This document shows, piece after piece, positions 31,575 through 32,000 of a stretch of DNA of 32,000 nt (its first letter is position 1; every line of letters begins with the position of its first letter). Below the pieces are notes generated by a model that ran no database searches, had not been told where the DNA came from, and was given only the letters and a program-made list of their open reading frames with translations. Position numbers and translations under genes: made by a program. Location: assembly GCA_023898645.1 (NCBI GenBank), contig CP060232.1, forward strand, positions 480,001 through 512,000. The letters run 5' to 3'. Source of the DNA: Candidatus Saccharimonadota bacterium. GTDB taxonomy: Bacteria; Patescibacteriota; Saccharimonadia; Saccharimonadales; Saccharimonadaceae.

Positions 31575-32000
31575 CTAATTTTCAATTGCAAGTAATGCAG
31601 CTACAACCGCATCTTTGTCGCGTTCTATGAGCTCTACGCGACCCTCTATCTCACTGATGCCAACTGAAATTGCACGACTGAGGGCAGGAATGCTAAGTTT
31701 TGGCTCAAAGAACGCCTTGAATTCTTCGAGCTGTTGGCGAGTGCAGAGCGCACTTGATGCGAAGCGGACAAAATCTTCGTAACTTTTGTCGCCGGCAAAC
31801 GATCGCTCCACCCAGTCCCAGTTGTCGCGTAGCCACTGCCATGAAAGATCACGACTGTATCGACCACGCACAAGGTATACAAACCATCGATAAGAGTCTT
31901 GCGGACGGATGACACTTGGATCTTTGAGTAGGTTTAGTAATTCTGTAATTTTATCCGGTAAGCGAGTACTAGTAACGCCCATGCAGATGTCTTGGCGCAG
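31575..32000 (-). CDS. M1-family aminopeptidase (aminopeptidase N-like), C-terminal ERAP1_C-like domain; the 5' part lies beyond the window
   Basis: The frame stays open to nt 32000 (LRQDIC precedes the tracked Met). SWQWLRDNWDWVERSFAGDKS...FASSALCTRQQLEEFKAFF is typical of the M1 aminopeptidase C-terminus. Confidence 0.65.
   Translation of the reverse strand: MRQDICMGVTSTRLPDKITELLNLLKDPSVIRPQDSYRWFVYLVRGRYSRDLSWQWLRDNWDWVERSFAGDKSYEDFVRFASSALCTRQQLEEFKAFFEPKLSIPALSRAISVGISEIEGRVELIERDKDAVVAALLAIEN

Noticed and set aside
1-32000. I looked for CRISPR arrays, tRNA/rRNA/tmRNA genes, IS elements, integrases, inverted terminal repeats and prophage genes.
   Set aside because: I found no repeat-spacer periodicity, no cloverleaf-compatible intergenic segment (the intergenic regions are short and AT-rich), and no transposase- or integrase-like ORF.
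1-32000. Alternative genetic code, with UGA recoded as in some CPR lineages.
   Set aside because: TGA ends well-defined genes at sensible lengths (for example 4753-4755, 18605-18607 and 27267-27269), and conserved genes are full-length under the standard code.

Overview
The window is a gene-dense (about 90% coding), mostly plus-strand chromosomal segment. Its gene content looks like a reduced-genome Patescibacteria/CPR organism, possibly Saccharibacteria-like; this is inference only and was not checked against any database. Housekeeping genes I recognise: split transketolase, class II aldolase, two PfkB kinases, uvrB, an ABC-2 exporter pair, gatC-gatA-(insert)-gatB, galU, dnaE, a SpoU/TrmH methyltransferase, a GspE/PilB-type ATPase, rplS, an RNase HII fused to a YraN/UPF0102 nuclease domain, and the 3' end of an M1 aminopeptidase. 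I found no rRNA, tRNA, CRISPR array, transposase or integrase. The standard genetic code applies, with TGA acting as a stop. Orphan genes sit between the core genes. The ones most worth follow-up are: (1) a small self-contained two-gene cassette between pilB and rplS (27007-27891) with a perfect consensus promoter and GC-rich hairpin terminators; (2) a membrane-anchored protein with an HEPN-like RNxxxH motif, translationally coupled inside gatCAB (15599-16015); (3) an RNase HII-YraN fusion; (4) an 892-aa membrane protein whose trypsin-like domain has Asp in place of the catalytic Ser; (5) an SD-driven pair of unknown genes after dnaE (23550-24808); (6) a PfkB kinase with an unknown N-terminal domain and a fossil SD at the junction, coupled to a LOG-like gene. 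Most operon-initial genes have an extended -10 box 6-10 nt before the ATG, which implies leaderless mRNAs. All functional calls rest on motif recognition by eye, with no searches run.
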